A stretch of 63,857 bases of DNA, counting the filler, from Octopus bimaculoides (taxonomy: Eukaryota), in assembly GCF_001194135.2 (NCBI RefSeq). It is 7 parts of 6 records of this genome, joined end to end, with 100 filler letters (N's around TTAATTAATTAA, not from the genome) between each part and the next. Parts side by side here need not be neighbours in the genome. Positions count along the whole stretch, not along the records: positions 62,551 to 63,857 come from NC_068983.1; 6 more parts are not named here. One strand, given 5' to 3'. The position numbers were made by a program, and so were the translations under genes. The notes beneath the pieces were generated by a model. The model ran no database searches, was not told where the DNA came from, and worked only from the letters and a program-made list of their open reading frames with translations. Position 1 is the stretch's first letter, and every line of letters starts with the position of its first letter. This document shows positions 63,631 to 63,857 of the stretch, piece by piece.

Positions 63631-63857
63631 CAGGGTGCTAATGTAAAGTATCTGTATGTATATAAAGCATTCTCTCTATATAATGTACTCCTATATATAT
63701 TAAGGCGGCGAGTTCAAATTCCTCCGAGGTTGACGCAAAATTTCGGGTCTTGTGCCTAAAGTAGAAAAGAATATACTCCTTATATATCATAAACTTCGTG
63801 TTGATATATAAAATATTCCTGTATATTTTAAAGAGGGTGCTTGTAAAGTACCCTTAT

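Overview
AT-rich eukaryotic DNA, very likely octopus/cephalopod (inferred from the SINE families, microsatellite load and 100-nt N44-TTAATTAATTAA-N44 scaffold joins). It is dominated by repeats and gaps, and I can support no intact protein-coding gene. Contents: (i) a decayed, multi-exon cadherin-repeat pseudogene on the minus strand (about 190-530 and 3600-4740); (ii) many tRNA-derived SINEs in at least four modular families; (iii) decayed autonomous elements: a CR1-group LINE, two clades of Penelope-like elements (PLE), a mariner with TIRs and TA TSD, a DD37D/maT transposase, a compound Gypsy LTR element, R4/Dong-type LINEs in (AAT)n arrays, an RTE 3' end and a hAT MITE; (iv) several templated local rearrangements, including a 685-bp foldback capped by Helitron-type 3' ends. 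The best candidate for a new system is at 20094-20630: a Pol III tRNA-headed SINE-like element whose 3' part is a minimal, Penelope-type dimer-forming hammerhead ribozyme, inserted with a PLE-style inverted partial copy. It sits within about 8-15 kb of PLE ORFs and further hammerhead-motif relics. Two weak candidate host exons (54944-55040 +, 57565-57623 -) are noted. All family calls rest on motif recognition by eye, not database searches.
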